64,000 nucleotides of DNA from Perkinsus olseni (lineage: Eukaryota): positions 1-64,000 of the forward strand of contig JABANN010000014.1 of the NCBI GenBank assembly GCA_013115125.1. Reading direction: 5' to 3'. Numbering within the stretch: the first letter of the stretch is position 1; the number at the start of each line of letters is the position of its first letter. This document shows positions 13,928 through 25,298 of the stretch, one piece after another. The notes below the pieces were generated by a model that saw only the letters and a program-made list of their open reading frames with translations, searched no databases and was not told the origin of the DNA. The position numbers were made by a program, and so were the translations under genes.

Positions 13928-15485
13928 TCATTTGATTCTACCCATGGGTCGCATCGCCTTCGTAAGATCACTCTTCAACCTAGTAAATACTTCAACATCA
14001 GTCCTACCACATCTTCACCTACTCAGCCAGCCTATCCTGCAGCTCTGCATTCTCCTTCTCGACCTTTGCTATCAATCCCTTGTGTTCATAGATGTCCACC
14101 TCGCACTCGGCCTTTTCTGACAGCTTACTGCGCAGCTCTCGTTCAAAGGTGGCCTTAGCGAGCTGAAGACCGCGAGGTTTAACCAGGCCGTCCTCATAGA
14201 CTTAACTAGAGCGTTTGTGAGTTGTGATCGAATTTGCTCGAGGTGCCCGTCCGCTCGGCGACCTTCTTCCTCTGCGTCATGTTTCGACCTCTTCTGCTGA
14301 AGGGCTGACAGTTGAGCCTTCATCTTCGCTAGTATATCAGCGGTCCTCGACCGCTCGTTTCGAAGCTCCGATAAGCGGGTGTCCAGTCCTCTTCGTACGG
14401 CTGTGCTTTTCGCCATCGTTCGACACAGGGATCTGAACCACGCCCTTCATGCTCCTCTCGTAACTTCGCTCCCCACTTGAACTCTTCGGTCCTCTGACGC
14501 GCAAGACGGCCCAGACACTCTCTAACGCGATCCAGGAGTTCATCGTCTCCGGTGCTGATCGTGCTATTGTACGCCTCCCCATGATGGCCGGGCTTAGTCA
14601 GTAGTATCTTACCTGTGGCAGCCACCAGCACTATCGACAGTCGCGGAAGCCTCACTCATCAGAGAGTCTTCTAACGCTGTTCTGTTCTCTTGTAGCCGCC
14701 TAGTGGCCGACATCAGTCTCGGGTCGTCTATCCGTATGTTCGAGCCGTCCGCCAATCTCCCGGGGAATCGACACTCGATGATCTTGTCGTTGACACTGAT
14801 ACCATCCATAACCGTGTAGAGTCCTTCCTCACTCAGAGGGTTCTCCGCGATATCTGAACCTTCACAGTGTTCAGAGCGTTCGCTTCACGCCAGGCTCACC
14901 GAGTGCAAGTATCGATCGATTCCGCATCAAGAGCTGTTTCATCGCGGCAGCGTTAGAATCATCCAGAGCAGTTCCTCTCAGGTCCAGCTGAAGGCGCAAC
15001 ACCTAGCAGCGTATCATGTTCAGAGAAGCTACTTCTTCGATGCTCGTGTGCGCTTCCAGGACCTCACAAATCGCCTCAAGTCCGCTACCGTCGCCACGAT
15101 GGACCAACGGATTGTGACGAAGTGACAACCTTAAAGGAACTCACTCAGAGTACCATTCCGCGAACGAGCTTCATCATCATTATGAACTTATCATAAATCT
15201 GGGTCCCTTACGATTCCACCAAGTCGAGCGGCGGCAAGGTGAGACTACCTCTTCAGAAGTGGTGTATACCGCAAGGCCTGGGCCAACACCATCGCTCTGC
15301 CCGGTCCGAGGTCGACTCCCCGAAGGATTATGCTCTTCAGAAGCGGGTTGTGTCTGTACGATGTTGCTGCTGCGAGAGGCAGGGTCGCTCGCCTACCGAA
15401 TGTTGGCAAGGACTTCCTCGTAATCTGATTCTTGCAGCTCGGAGAATCCCAACACAACGTGCTCACTATCGCTCAAGTGGGCCAT
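13928..15485 (-). CDS. RNI-like leucine-rich-repeat protein with C-terminal coiled coil
   Basis: Spliced exons give LKSIILRGVDLGPGRAMVLAQALR, LKRLSLRHNPL, LQLDLRGTALDD and ILALDIAENPLSEEG, followed by an E/K/R/L-rich helical tail. Confidence 0.7.
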
Positions 15486-16002
15486 CTTGTACAGGAAGAT
15501 TTATTCGTACACGTACGCTGGGCCGTCGGAGAAATCTTGCGCACTTGCACAATCTTGCCTTTCCGCTAGCTCACCCAACTTTTGTAGGTTGACAAACGCA
15601 TTACGATATGATGAATGCTATATGAAGGAACTGGAACAAAGTTATAGAATATGAGCTTTGTTAAGGGGCGTACACTCATTCTCTTAGCGAGCACACGGGC
15701 TTATGTGACGTCAGACGTGTATAAATGCTTTTACAGACCCCTTCATTGGTGGGCATCACTGATGACTATCTATACGGGGGTCCCCCTCTAGACTGCTCGA
15801 GCCTAGCAGCTGAACAGGCTAGCTAGTACCACGTACACAGCGTTCTAGCTTGACCGTTCCTCGGCGCATCTGGTCCAAACACTCCCCAGTGTTGCTAATA
15901 GAGCTGATCATTCGCCTTTTAATGTGATGATGGACGTCAGTGGATGGCGGAACAGGCGTTACATCAATTTGCAGTTACCCAAGTTTATTCTCGATTTCGA
16001 AA

Positions 16003-16507
16003 ATGTTTAAGAAGGTGGCGCTATTCGTCTTATGCGCGCTTATGGCGTCGGAGCTGTCAGGATGCAGCTCCGACTCGACAACAACTACTCCCAAACGTAA
16101 GTGGGTGGGATGCTTTTGCTGGCTCAAGCGTCGCCCATCCTATTTTGATGTATTCAATGTATTTTTCAGCTACCACGAACGACCCAGCGTCCACGCATGC
16201 TGCGCTTCGCACGACCACTCAAACCACTACCACCACAACAACCACTACGACATCGACTAGCACCGTGAACTGTATGAACGGTGATTACTATTGCCAAGTC
16301 ATGTCCGGCAACAAGAATAGTTACTGTAGATATTATGGTAGCACTGGTGTTTGCCAAGGTCTTGACATTCCATGCAACTGCGATGAGATGCCTCCGACCA
16401 CTAAAGCACCACCACCGACTACCTCCCCTAGTACTTCTGGTGCTGGAAACGCCAGTGTCCAACGTGGACTAGAGGCTGATTATAGAGATGAAGATCTGTC
16501 TTTTTAG
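16003..16507 (+). CDS. Small secreted Thr-rich (mucin-like) protein with a 6-Cys module, 143 aa, intron 16097-16169
   Basis: Signal peptide MFKKVALFVLCALMASELSGC, poly-Thr tract and CMNGDYYC-x10-C-x8-C-x6-CNC. A GT-AG intron restores the frame. Confidence 0.8.
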
Positions 16508-17022
16508 CACGCGCAACTGGTCAGTACCCACGATGAGGGTGAGCAATATCTCTAATAAGGATGTCCAGTATAAAATTCCGTTCCTTCTTCATGGCGAACC
16601 TATAGTGTTTCTTCTTCCTTAGTAACGTCTCGTGACTGTGGTATTCGCCGTGGTTTTCCGACGACTTCGCCTGGGTTGTGTTGATCAAGTTTCCAAAGGG
16701 CAACGCATATGAGGGGAGCCTCCTGCTCAAATGACTCGGCTGAATCCTCTTGAGAGGAAAGTAGCCGGAAATATGAAGCGAGAGCTCGGAGCGGTCACCA
16801 GCCGATAGTCAGCACGCTTCATGCAGGGGTTGTCCAACTCCCTGGTAATTCGTTGTGCAGTTTGAGTGTGATCCTCACAGATGCTCTGATGGGGGTGAGA
16901 ACTCATGCACTGAGCGTCAAGTTAATGGCGCACAAACGATGATCTGGTGGCACGTGACGCTTACTGCGGAGAGTGGATGCGTCACGTCAGACCCCCGAGG
17001 TGACGCCAATCCTACCAAATCC

Positions 17023-17513
17023 ATGCTCAGCCTGCCCATCTTCGTCACTTCCTTGGCAGCGCTTATCGCGTTTTCTATCGGCGGTTGTGGCCCGGTGCCC
17101 ACAAGGGCTCCAGAGAGGGGTAAGCTTCGTCTGGTGTGTGCGAGGATTTTGCCAGCCCCTCCGATTGTGTTGTGTCTGTCTCAGTCCCACGGCGAACGAC
17201 TCCCGAGATCCCTTCGAGTATTCGGGGCCACACGACGTCTAGTTCTCCGACTATAACCAGTACTACTACGACCACCACTACTACGACCACTACAACCACT
17301 ACAGAACGTCCACAGTGTACGTACGGAGATATGGCCTGTCGGCTGGCATCACTTGATCTCGATGACCGATGTTTATTCTGGAAGACAGGGAACTGCGAAA
17401 GGCTTCCGAGTCAGCCATGCTCTTGCCTGCCACCGACCACATCCACGACTACCAGTCATAACTTGTCGGAAGTTCCACTAACTACAACGGCACCTCCTGC
17501 CGATGTAACCTAG
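17023..17513 (+). CDS. Paralogous small secreted Thr-rich protein with a 6-Cys module, 141 aa, intron 17120-17184
   Basis: Signal peptide MLSLPIFVTSLAALIAFSIGGC, poly-Thr tract and CTYGDMAC-x10-C-x7-C-x7-CSC. It has a phase-1 intron at the equivalent position to its neighbour. Confidence 0.8.
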
Positions 17514-17635
17514 ACTTCCCCACCACAATAAGACCTTAGATGGCGAGAGAATATTTAGCAGCTCACAGTCACCCTGTAATTGTTCGCCTATCTTCCTGGC
17601 GTTGGTCTCAAATCTTTTACCACAGCGCCTTCGTT

Positions 17636-20297
17636 CTAGCTCGCCAGCTGCATCGCTAATTTACTGCGATTGTATCGGCTTATCTGTTGCTCAAGTGGGT
17701 TGAGTTGTTCAGGGTCTCTCGAGTATATCCCTCTGCGACGCTCCAACCGTTTCTGATTGAAGATGTGAGTATCCCCATAGTCCATCCGAAGCTCACATGG
17801 GATCGTTAGCGAGCCCTCAGCCCTCACTAACGCACGCAACACGGGATGAACGGTCAAACGTATTGCCTGAGTTACCGCCAGATAGAGTCGTGTGAAATAT
17901 CATCAGTGAGCATCCTAAATGGCTGCTCGGAGTAGACGTGGAATCGGGAGCGTCTCTTGCCGGCTCGTCGGACAATCTCCTCTGGAGTGTTCCAAAACTT
18001 TCCTGCGGCGGAGTTCTGCGAAACTCCGAGGTTCTTCACGCGCGAAGCTCGGTCTCCTCTGCAGCCAGAAGCATCATACGGCAACGCGAACGCAAGTAGC
18101 CTCACAATTCATTTGCGATGGCGACGTAAGGGGAGCAGTCATCAGCATCGGACCACCAGTCGAACCAGCAAGCCGCCGCGTTGACGTTGTGCATGAACGT
18201 GGCAACCTGTCATTGCCCGTGGAGAGACCTCATTGCCACCCTCTTGGCCCACTGTTTCGTCAGGAATGCTCTTGAGGAAGGGGTATAGCTCAGCGATACG
18301 CTCCTCCGGCCAGCGGATGCTCAGCTGTGACCAGTTGAGGAAAGCAGTAAAGGGGAGAATGAAGTCATCCGAGAGGATCACTGGTATACACCCTGAAATC
18401 AGCAACAGGCCTGGTGCGGAAGGACTTCCGATCAACGCGCGTGCTACCCGCAAAGAAGGACTCATACAGATGGTTGGTCCACGGTGAAGTCCCAGCGGGG
18501 GCCATGCAGAAACGAGACCTCCCCTGAACGGCGACTGTCCTCTTGATAGTCGTACATGCCACCCCACCTTGATCTCGAGGTAGTTCCCGATGAAGCCCCC
18601 AACGCTGACGTCCGGGTATTGGGACAATTCACTCACGAGAGCATTGCGAACTTCGCACCGTTTATACCTATCTCGAAGCGTCATCACTTCACGATGAACG
18701 TGCTTGCTTGAAATGAACGCTCACCCTTCGTGAACCCCACCGTGACGGCCATGGAAAGTCAGCAGTATATCGCGCTCTTCTAGAGGCCTGGCGTGCTGCC
18801 TCATGTACCTAGCCCGCAACCTCAGTCGGCTACTTCCTGGAACCTCACACATCGCTCGACCATGGTCCGTGTGACCAGGTATGATGATGTCCTTCCACGG
18901 GCTGTAACACAGCTTCACGTCTAGGTGATCACCGATGGGCTCGTTCCATGTGGGGCATCTTCCTGATCCACACCCTCACAGGGGGCGTTAAATGACCGCC
19001 TAACCTTCTACTAGTAGGAGTATCGGATTCGGTCTGAGGATATCGTAGAAGGTGAACTGGTACCTGACCGTCAATGCTGTGGCCCCTTGTGAAATAGCTT
19101 TATTCGTACGCTCCTTGACCATCGGCAAAGAGGAATATGTGATCGGCTCCGTCGCGGCGTTGCCACCAAGGGGAGTTGAGCAGCCACTTGAATAGAGGCT
19201 CGTATACCTTAACATGCTCCTTCGACTCGGGAGGTAATGAGTGGCCTCTACCTCAGCTGTCATAGACTGAAGGCCCATGCCGTTTCGGGTTTGCAAACAG
19301 GTGCCGTACACTGGAACGTAGAAGAGGTCGGCGTCGGAGGGGTCTTTAGTTCGATTGGCGCTGGCAACGGATCACTCCTCTCCGGGACGGGCTAGGGGAC
19401 CGCGGGCTCTCACTTGCTCAGGAGCCATTTATGTACCAACACTTCCACTCCCCATTGCCCCATGCCACAGAGCAGAGAGGACTGCTGCAGTCCGGTAAAT
19501 ATTTCTTCCGGCGGCTCATAGACGTAACTGCCGACCGTACCCCGCAGTGTCAAGAAGATGGCTGACTCACGTTACACCTTGAAGCTGCTGAATGACTCAG
19601 GAGAGGGCTGGGCAAGTCCTAGCAGGGCGGGGTAAGTGTAAGGCGTGTCCAACTGCCAGTCGGCCAAGAGGTACTCCACCGAGGAGTCACCAGCCTCGGA
19701 AGCGGCAGTGACAAGGGACACGGCCCTCTGGTAACTGCCACTGGCGCTGGTGAACCCTCAGGGTGGAGGCCCTCACAGTTCCCTGGCCTCCGAAGGGCCT
19801 TCGAACCTGGTCTCTAACGCCAGTAGGGCGTTGAGCATTATATCGGCTAGTGGGGCGGGGCACTTCGGGGCCTGACACCCGGTGGTGCAGGGACGATCGT
19901 TGCGATTGGCGTACCCCGCCCGAGGCGTCCAACCTGTCGAGATAAGGTTCGACACATAGCCTGTAGATCGACGTCAGGAAGTACTGAGAGAGGTTCAGAT
20001 CTTCCCTCATGTATCTGGAGACAGTCGAGGTCGGTGCGGTAGTGAAGTCAGGTAGCTGGTCTCGGCGTGGCAGTGCAGCAGACACGCCAGTCCGACCGGC
20101 CCAGTCGTACGTTGCTTGGAACTGTGCGAGGTCTCGGAAGAAGTCCTCGGTCAGGCAGTCGTCTATACCACCCGGGCACTGATTCACGAGATGATGGTGA
20201 AGAATTTACGCTGGATGGCTACCTCTAGGTGGGCGTTGTAGTTAGAGAAGTTGCCAGAGGTGAGGGGCCATAGGAGGAGACGAAGGACCCTTACCAT
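17636..20297 (-). CDS. Exostosin-family glycosyltransferase (GT47), multi-exon; 3' end uncertain (17872 or 17636)
   Basis: GQWGVEVLVHKWLL, RTKDPSDADLFYVPVY, RDILLTFHG, SRFCMAPAGTSPWTNHLYESF and GCIPVILSDDFILPF..LNWSQLSI are typical GT47 blocks. Confidence 0.85.
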
Positions 20298-20395
20298 CTA
20301 CCAACATTACCGCGTCTATACTCGGTCGGCCGTGGACCACAGGGTTCAATGGACGGGCTTGTTCTGGCGAATTGACCAACACAAAAGAAAGACTA

Positions 20396-21886
20396 TTAAG
20401 AGTCGACTACCGGTGACCAGACTGTTTCTGCCTCGACTATGGCGTGGTCGGACGGGAAGCGGAGGTTCGGCAACGAGTGCCCGCCACTGCCTCCGTCATC
20501 AACCGAACTCTTCTCTATTGTCATTCCAGCATTCGTCAGCAAAATGTAATCCTTTGGGTTCTCATCAAAGACATTGGTCTTAGCCGACTGGGCCTGCAAG
20601 GGCGTCCTGAGGTTCCGTGTCGTCGTCAACGGTTGTGTGTGGTACAGGCCAGTATCGGTAACTGCCTTGAGGAAGTCCACCACGGCCAAGTTCCCCGGGG
20701 TGGGGTTGGCGTAGCAGTTGGCATCTACACCGACCAGCAGAGGCAGACCGAGGCTGCTCAAAACTTTGAGGGTCGGGATGGTAAGCCGGCCATTAGTATC
20801 ACCATGGAAGCTCGCGAGCAAAAGGGGATGATCATTTTGGGTACTCACGACAGCAACAGACAAGTCGCCGGATGCCAGGCCTCGGCGTTCCCCTTCAGTC
20901 CGCATAGCCTCTCTCACCCTCTCTGAAGCAGCCACATCGATCTCTAAGCCACAGCCTTTCTTGATAAGAATCACTGAACGCTGCTTCGCTCCGCTGGAAT
21001 TGGACTCGGCAATCAACTCGTAACCCTCGGCCTCATCCACTGACAGTATTCGGCTTTGTATATCGTCGGACACTTCCTGGAGCATGATGACGTCCTCAGC
21101 TCTGAGCAAGTGCTGGACGATGTAGTTCACAAGCTGCTGGGGGCGTTGCGACACACACTTGATGCGCCCGAGTCGCATATCTCGCCAGTCAACGGATGTC
21201 CGCTCAGCGATGGCGATGAGAAGTGAGTCGAATACTGCGAGGCCCACGACAGAGAAGGCGCGGTAGTTCTCCCTGTAGGGCGATGCAACGTTGTACTTCT
21301 CCACACTGAGGGTCGGAATGTGCGCATCCGCCATGAACCGTATCCAACTGTCCAGCCAGGCCTTGCTGGGGGAGAGCTCCTCAGTATAACAGGATATCAT
21401 CGATGGACGGCATCGGCCGTTCCCGAAGACATTGGTGAAGCGGTCCGGCCAAGAGATGATACGACTATCCCCGATGTTCTTGCTGGAGAGAAAACCTGAC
21501 CAGACTCTGAGCTTGGCCAGAAAATCGAAGGCCTCAGCAGAGGACTCTGGGGAAGGCAGACCGAGTACTCGGTAGTTGCCAAGTAGGGATGACCTCACGC
21601 TGAAGGGGAATGCCTCGCACAAGATATCCCCGATAGTTGAGCCGCTGGCTTCAAGGGCTTCGGCAGTGGATTGGAATTCCGCGAGGAAGTGAGTGAACCG
21701 ATGGTCAGAGTCATCGGAGAACTCTAGAGGGTTGGTCTGGACCGAGCCGATGTTCCACGTTGCCACTTTGATTGGAGTGGGTCTGGCTCTACTGACGGGA
21801 CACTGTTGACCACTGTTGTACATGGCCTCGGAGAACAGGGCTCTGTCACCAAAAACGGGTGAGAGCAGGCCTTCCAGACGTCTCAT
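20396..21886 (-). CDS. Endonuclease/exonuclease/phosphatase (EEP) superfamily protein, intronless
   Basis: Motifs VATWNI, DVIMLQEV, ASFHG, VGVDAN, KDYIL and FPSDH occur in canonical order within a single ORF. Confidence 0.85.
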   Translation of the reverse strand: MRRLEGLLSPVFGDRALFSEAMYNSGQQCPVSRARPTPIKVATWNIGSVQTNPLEFSDDSDHRFTHFLAEFQSTAEALEASGSTIGDILCEAFPFSVRSSLLGNYRVLGLPSPESSAEAFDFLAKLRVWSGFLSSKNIGDSRIISWPDRFTNVFGNGRCRPSMISCYTEELSPSKAWLDSWIRFMADAHIPTLSVEKYNVASPYRENYRAFSVVGLAVFDSLLIAIAERTSVDWRDMRLGRIKCVSQRPQQLVNYIVQHLLRAEDVIMLQEVSDDIQSRILSVDEAEGYELIAESNSSGAKQRSVILIKKGCGLEIDVAASERVREAMRTEGERRGLASGDLSVAVVSTQNDHPLLLASFHGDTNGRLTIPTLKVLSSLGLPLLVGVDANCYANPTPGNLAVVDFLKAVTDTGLYHTQPLTTTRNLRTPLQAQSAKTNVFDENPKDYILLTNAGMTIEKSSVDDGGSGGHSLPNLRFPSDHAIVEAETVWSPVVDS

Positions 21887-22233
21887 GGAGTAAGAGGGGT
21901 TGTGAACACACACTAGAGGGAGTGATGCACGGTCGCTGCTTTCCCATAACCTTGTCAACGTTTCGAGCCACTAAAGCGCATCAAACGGCCTCGACGATTA
22001 ACTGATTCCAGTGGCCGACAAACGACTGTTCTGGACTTCTCCAGACTGACCGAACCACTGCTAACGCAACAGATTGTCACGATGGAGCTGCAGCAAGGAC
22101 AATGCTATAGTTAAGTGTAGCGAAAAGTATACGTCAACTTGTGGACTTAGCGAAAGCATAGGAAAACGAGGAAGAGGAATCGTTAATGTTGACCTGCTAC
22201 GATACTGAGAGAACAGAATGGCCCCGGCCATTG

Positions 22234-25145
22234 CTAGCTCGAGGCAGCTGATGAACTTCGATCGCTCTCTGAAACAAGCAACGGCGATCCCCCACTTAGA
22301 CGGTGGCTTCCAAGCCGACCTCGACCTCGAGGAATGGGTATGAAGTCTTCTGTAGGCCCCGGGATGAAGTCCATAGACTCGGCATCCGAATCGCTGACAG
22401 TGCTAGACAGATGAGAGCCAGACAAGCATCCATCAATGCCGCTCCCAGAGGGGCTGCTAGAGTCACTACTGCAGCTGAGGGCCTCCTGCTGGTCGCGTGG
22501 TGACTGGGTACACTGCGAACGCTTGAACAGGGAGGAAGACAGGCTACTCGCACGCGATGGCACTGGCAGGAACAGGGAGGTCTGGCTTCCCATTGAGACC
22601 CACTCAGCAGGATTCGATCTCAAAGACGGCACTGTATTGCTGCCTGCAGTCCCTACACGTGAGGATATTGTCACGACCGGCACCCTATGGAAGCCGTCGA
22701 CAACATCTCTGACGTAAATTCGGCACGGGTCTTGGCTGATCGGTTTCGGTCGCTTCCGCATCACTTTGCCCTCGCCCCACCAGTAAGCGTAGAGACGACG
22801 GAAAACAGAGATCGTCGAACCGATGAGCCGAGGCAGGCTTATACCCCATGCGATGACATCGATGGCTGCAAGCGCCAATTGACTCGCTGCGTCTTCGCCG
22901 GGAGGGGACTGGTTGTTACTCGGATGGGCGATCCAGTAGCTGTAGGCGACGATAGGGGTGATGTTGAGTATTGTTCCGAAGACGACCATCCACGACCGCA
23001 CCTCCATACGCCTCGCTTGGGTCTCGGTCGTGGCCGGGTCATTCGGATAAGCGCCGGGTGTACCCCAGGGAAGGATATCGCTTTGACAGATCGCGTAGAG
23101 ACCGGATCCTAGTACTAGTGTTGTTGGCAAAAGGCAGAACCAATGGAACCAGCATAGAAAGAAGATGAAGATATCATCCAAGCTAGCTGATAACAACGGT
23201 GTTATGACGTAAGGGGCGACGACTATACACCAGGCGACCAGATTAACCCTTGGCTCGTACAGTACCACACGGACCATAAAAAAGGCGATAGAGAGTACCC
23301 ATAGGAAGCCAACGATCACCGAGACGAACATGTAGGCGTACTGTATGCCTTTAGACAGGCCTCGACATCCGATGGACAGCTGCACGAGGATGGTGAATAG
23401 TGCCGTTAAGAGGATGGCAAGGGGTATTCGAGCCCATGGTACGCTGATAGACAATGGTGCAACTATGATACTAGTGAGAATGGTGACACAGAAGATACTC
23501 ATGATACATGTGGCCAACCTCGGAATGATGATGAGGGGGAAGGACAGGACACCGCGCCATGACCATGAGAAGCGTCTAAGGCCAGTGTGAAGGTTAATCA
23601 GAGACATGAAGAAAGTGGTGGATGAGCGTCTCGTCATCTCAATCAGATCGCTGAAGGCAAACTCTTCGGCTGAGCCCGAAACAAACTTCTCGCTCAAGCG
23701 CGATCCTTGAGTTCGGACCCCTGTTAACATGTCAACTCGGTAACCAGGCGCCGCGGCAAGAGAGAGCACCCGGTCGTCGAAGACATACGCGTTGCATCGA
23801 AACGGACCATAAACCCCTCTGTTGCCAGTTTTCGTGAGGGAGACGAAATACTGATCCGTCTGGACCCGGTCTAGCCTCAGGGCGCACATCGCCACATTGA
23901 CTCTGGTCGAGTTCCCACCCAGAGCAGACTCGGAGTTGCCATCTAAGAGATCGTCGATTCGCCGTTGCATGAGGAAGCCTGCCAACGCTGGGTTCAAAGT
24001 CATCAGGTGAGGGGCCGGCGCGATAGGGATTTGGTGGTCGCTGTCTGAGATGGTATCACCGGACACGATAGCCACATCATCAAGACCGAGGACGTCGCTG
24101 AAGCGGAGGAGGGCCGAAGGGATGGGACAAATGCCACAGTCAAGGAATACGATCTGGAGCTCTTCAGAGTCGCTGACGGTTACAAAATGGCGGGCTATGC
24201 CCTCGAGCGCCCAAAGATGGCACTCGGGCCGACGGCTTATAGTGGGACCTGACACACAGAGAATTCGAAAGTGTTTGGTTACACGTGGTGACACGACTCA
24301 CTTGCTGAGCTGATGCCCGCGAACTCCTTCACGCATGTCATTATCTGCAACGGCGGGAAGGAGTTCCCTCCAAGTTGAACCACCGTCTCAAATATATGCA
24401 TGTACACTGCTTGGCCATGGTCCACCGTCAATGACCCCAGTGCTCTTGCCTCTCGATCCTCAACGAACAGCCTCTTGCAGCGGTCCATGGCAGCACCGTC
24501 CTTCCAGAGAGCATCCACGTTGTAGTACAGGCCCATGTGCTGGAGGTCCGAGAGCAGACTCCGAGGCCCTTCGGGAGCGCCAATGCTGAACTCTCTTCGA
24601 CCATCAATAACAGCGCACACAACGAAGTCGTTCCACACGAAGTTGCCTCGGTCGCAACAGTCCTTTATGCACTCCATGAGAGAGAAAAGTGTCGAGGTGA
24701 AGCCGGTGATGTTCGAACCCTGGATGTAGCTCGCTATCGTTATCGTGATCATAATCTTTACCTTCTGTTCCGGGCTCGACACAAACCTCAGTCGGAAGCT
24801 GCCGTCCTCGACCTTACCGTGGAAGAACCTTCGATAGAAGTCTGTGTCGAACATGTTGGCGATGGGTCGCGGGAAGGAAACCCCAAGCTCCCTGTAGTCC
24901 ACGTTGTAGTGACGGACAAGCTCCTCAGAACGGATGGTGACTGGGGTGTACCGCAAGAATACAAGAGGGTTCTCGGGAGGGCCTCCGTCGAAGTCGATGT
25001 CGATATAGGAGCGGTAATCCGGTAAAGTCGGATGGACCGCTGGATGCACACCGTATGATGGACCATCCGGAGAGGGGGACACAGAGGAGGGTGCTTCACT
25101 CAGTATCCGGTCCCTACTCTGGGGCTCGGCTTCTGGAGCGGCCAT
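22234..25145 (-). CDS. Chitin-synthase-like protein, copy 3 (~952 aa; exons 25145-24302 and 24248-22234), catalytic motifs degenerate
   Basis: RYTPVT, VCAVIDGR, HIFE, PLQIMTCVKE, CHLW, LDCG, NAYVFDDRVL, multiple TM helices and DILPWGT. A 53-bp GTGAGT..TCAG intron at 24301-24249 joins the two ORFs in frame. Confidence 0.85.
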
Positions 25146-25298
25146 TGGGGAAATACTACAACAATGAGAAAGTGCGATGCTGTAGTGGTAGGGAGGAGCG
25201 AGCTGGCCAGTGGATGCGAGACACGGCAAGCTCGAGGATGAGAGAGGGCGAACACAAGACGACAAGTGAGTGAATCGGGTGTTGAACCAAAGTAAAAG

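Noticed and set aside
20396-21886. Non-LTR retrotransposon APE endonuclease
   Set aside because: No reverse transcriptase, gag-like ORF or poly-A tail is adjacent; the ORF ends shortly after the SDH motif.
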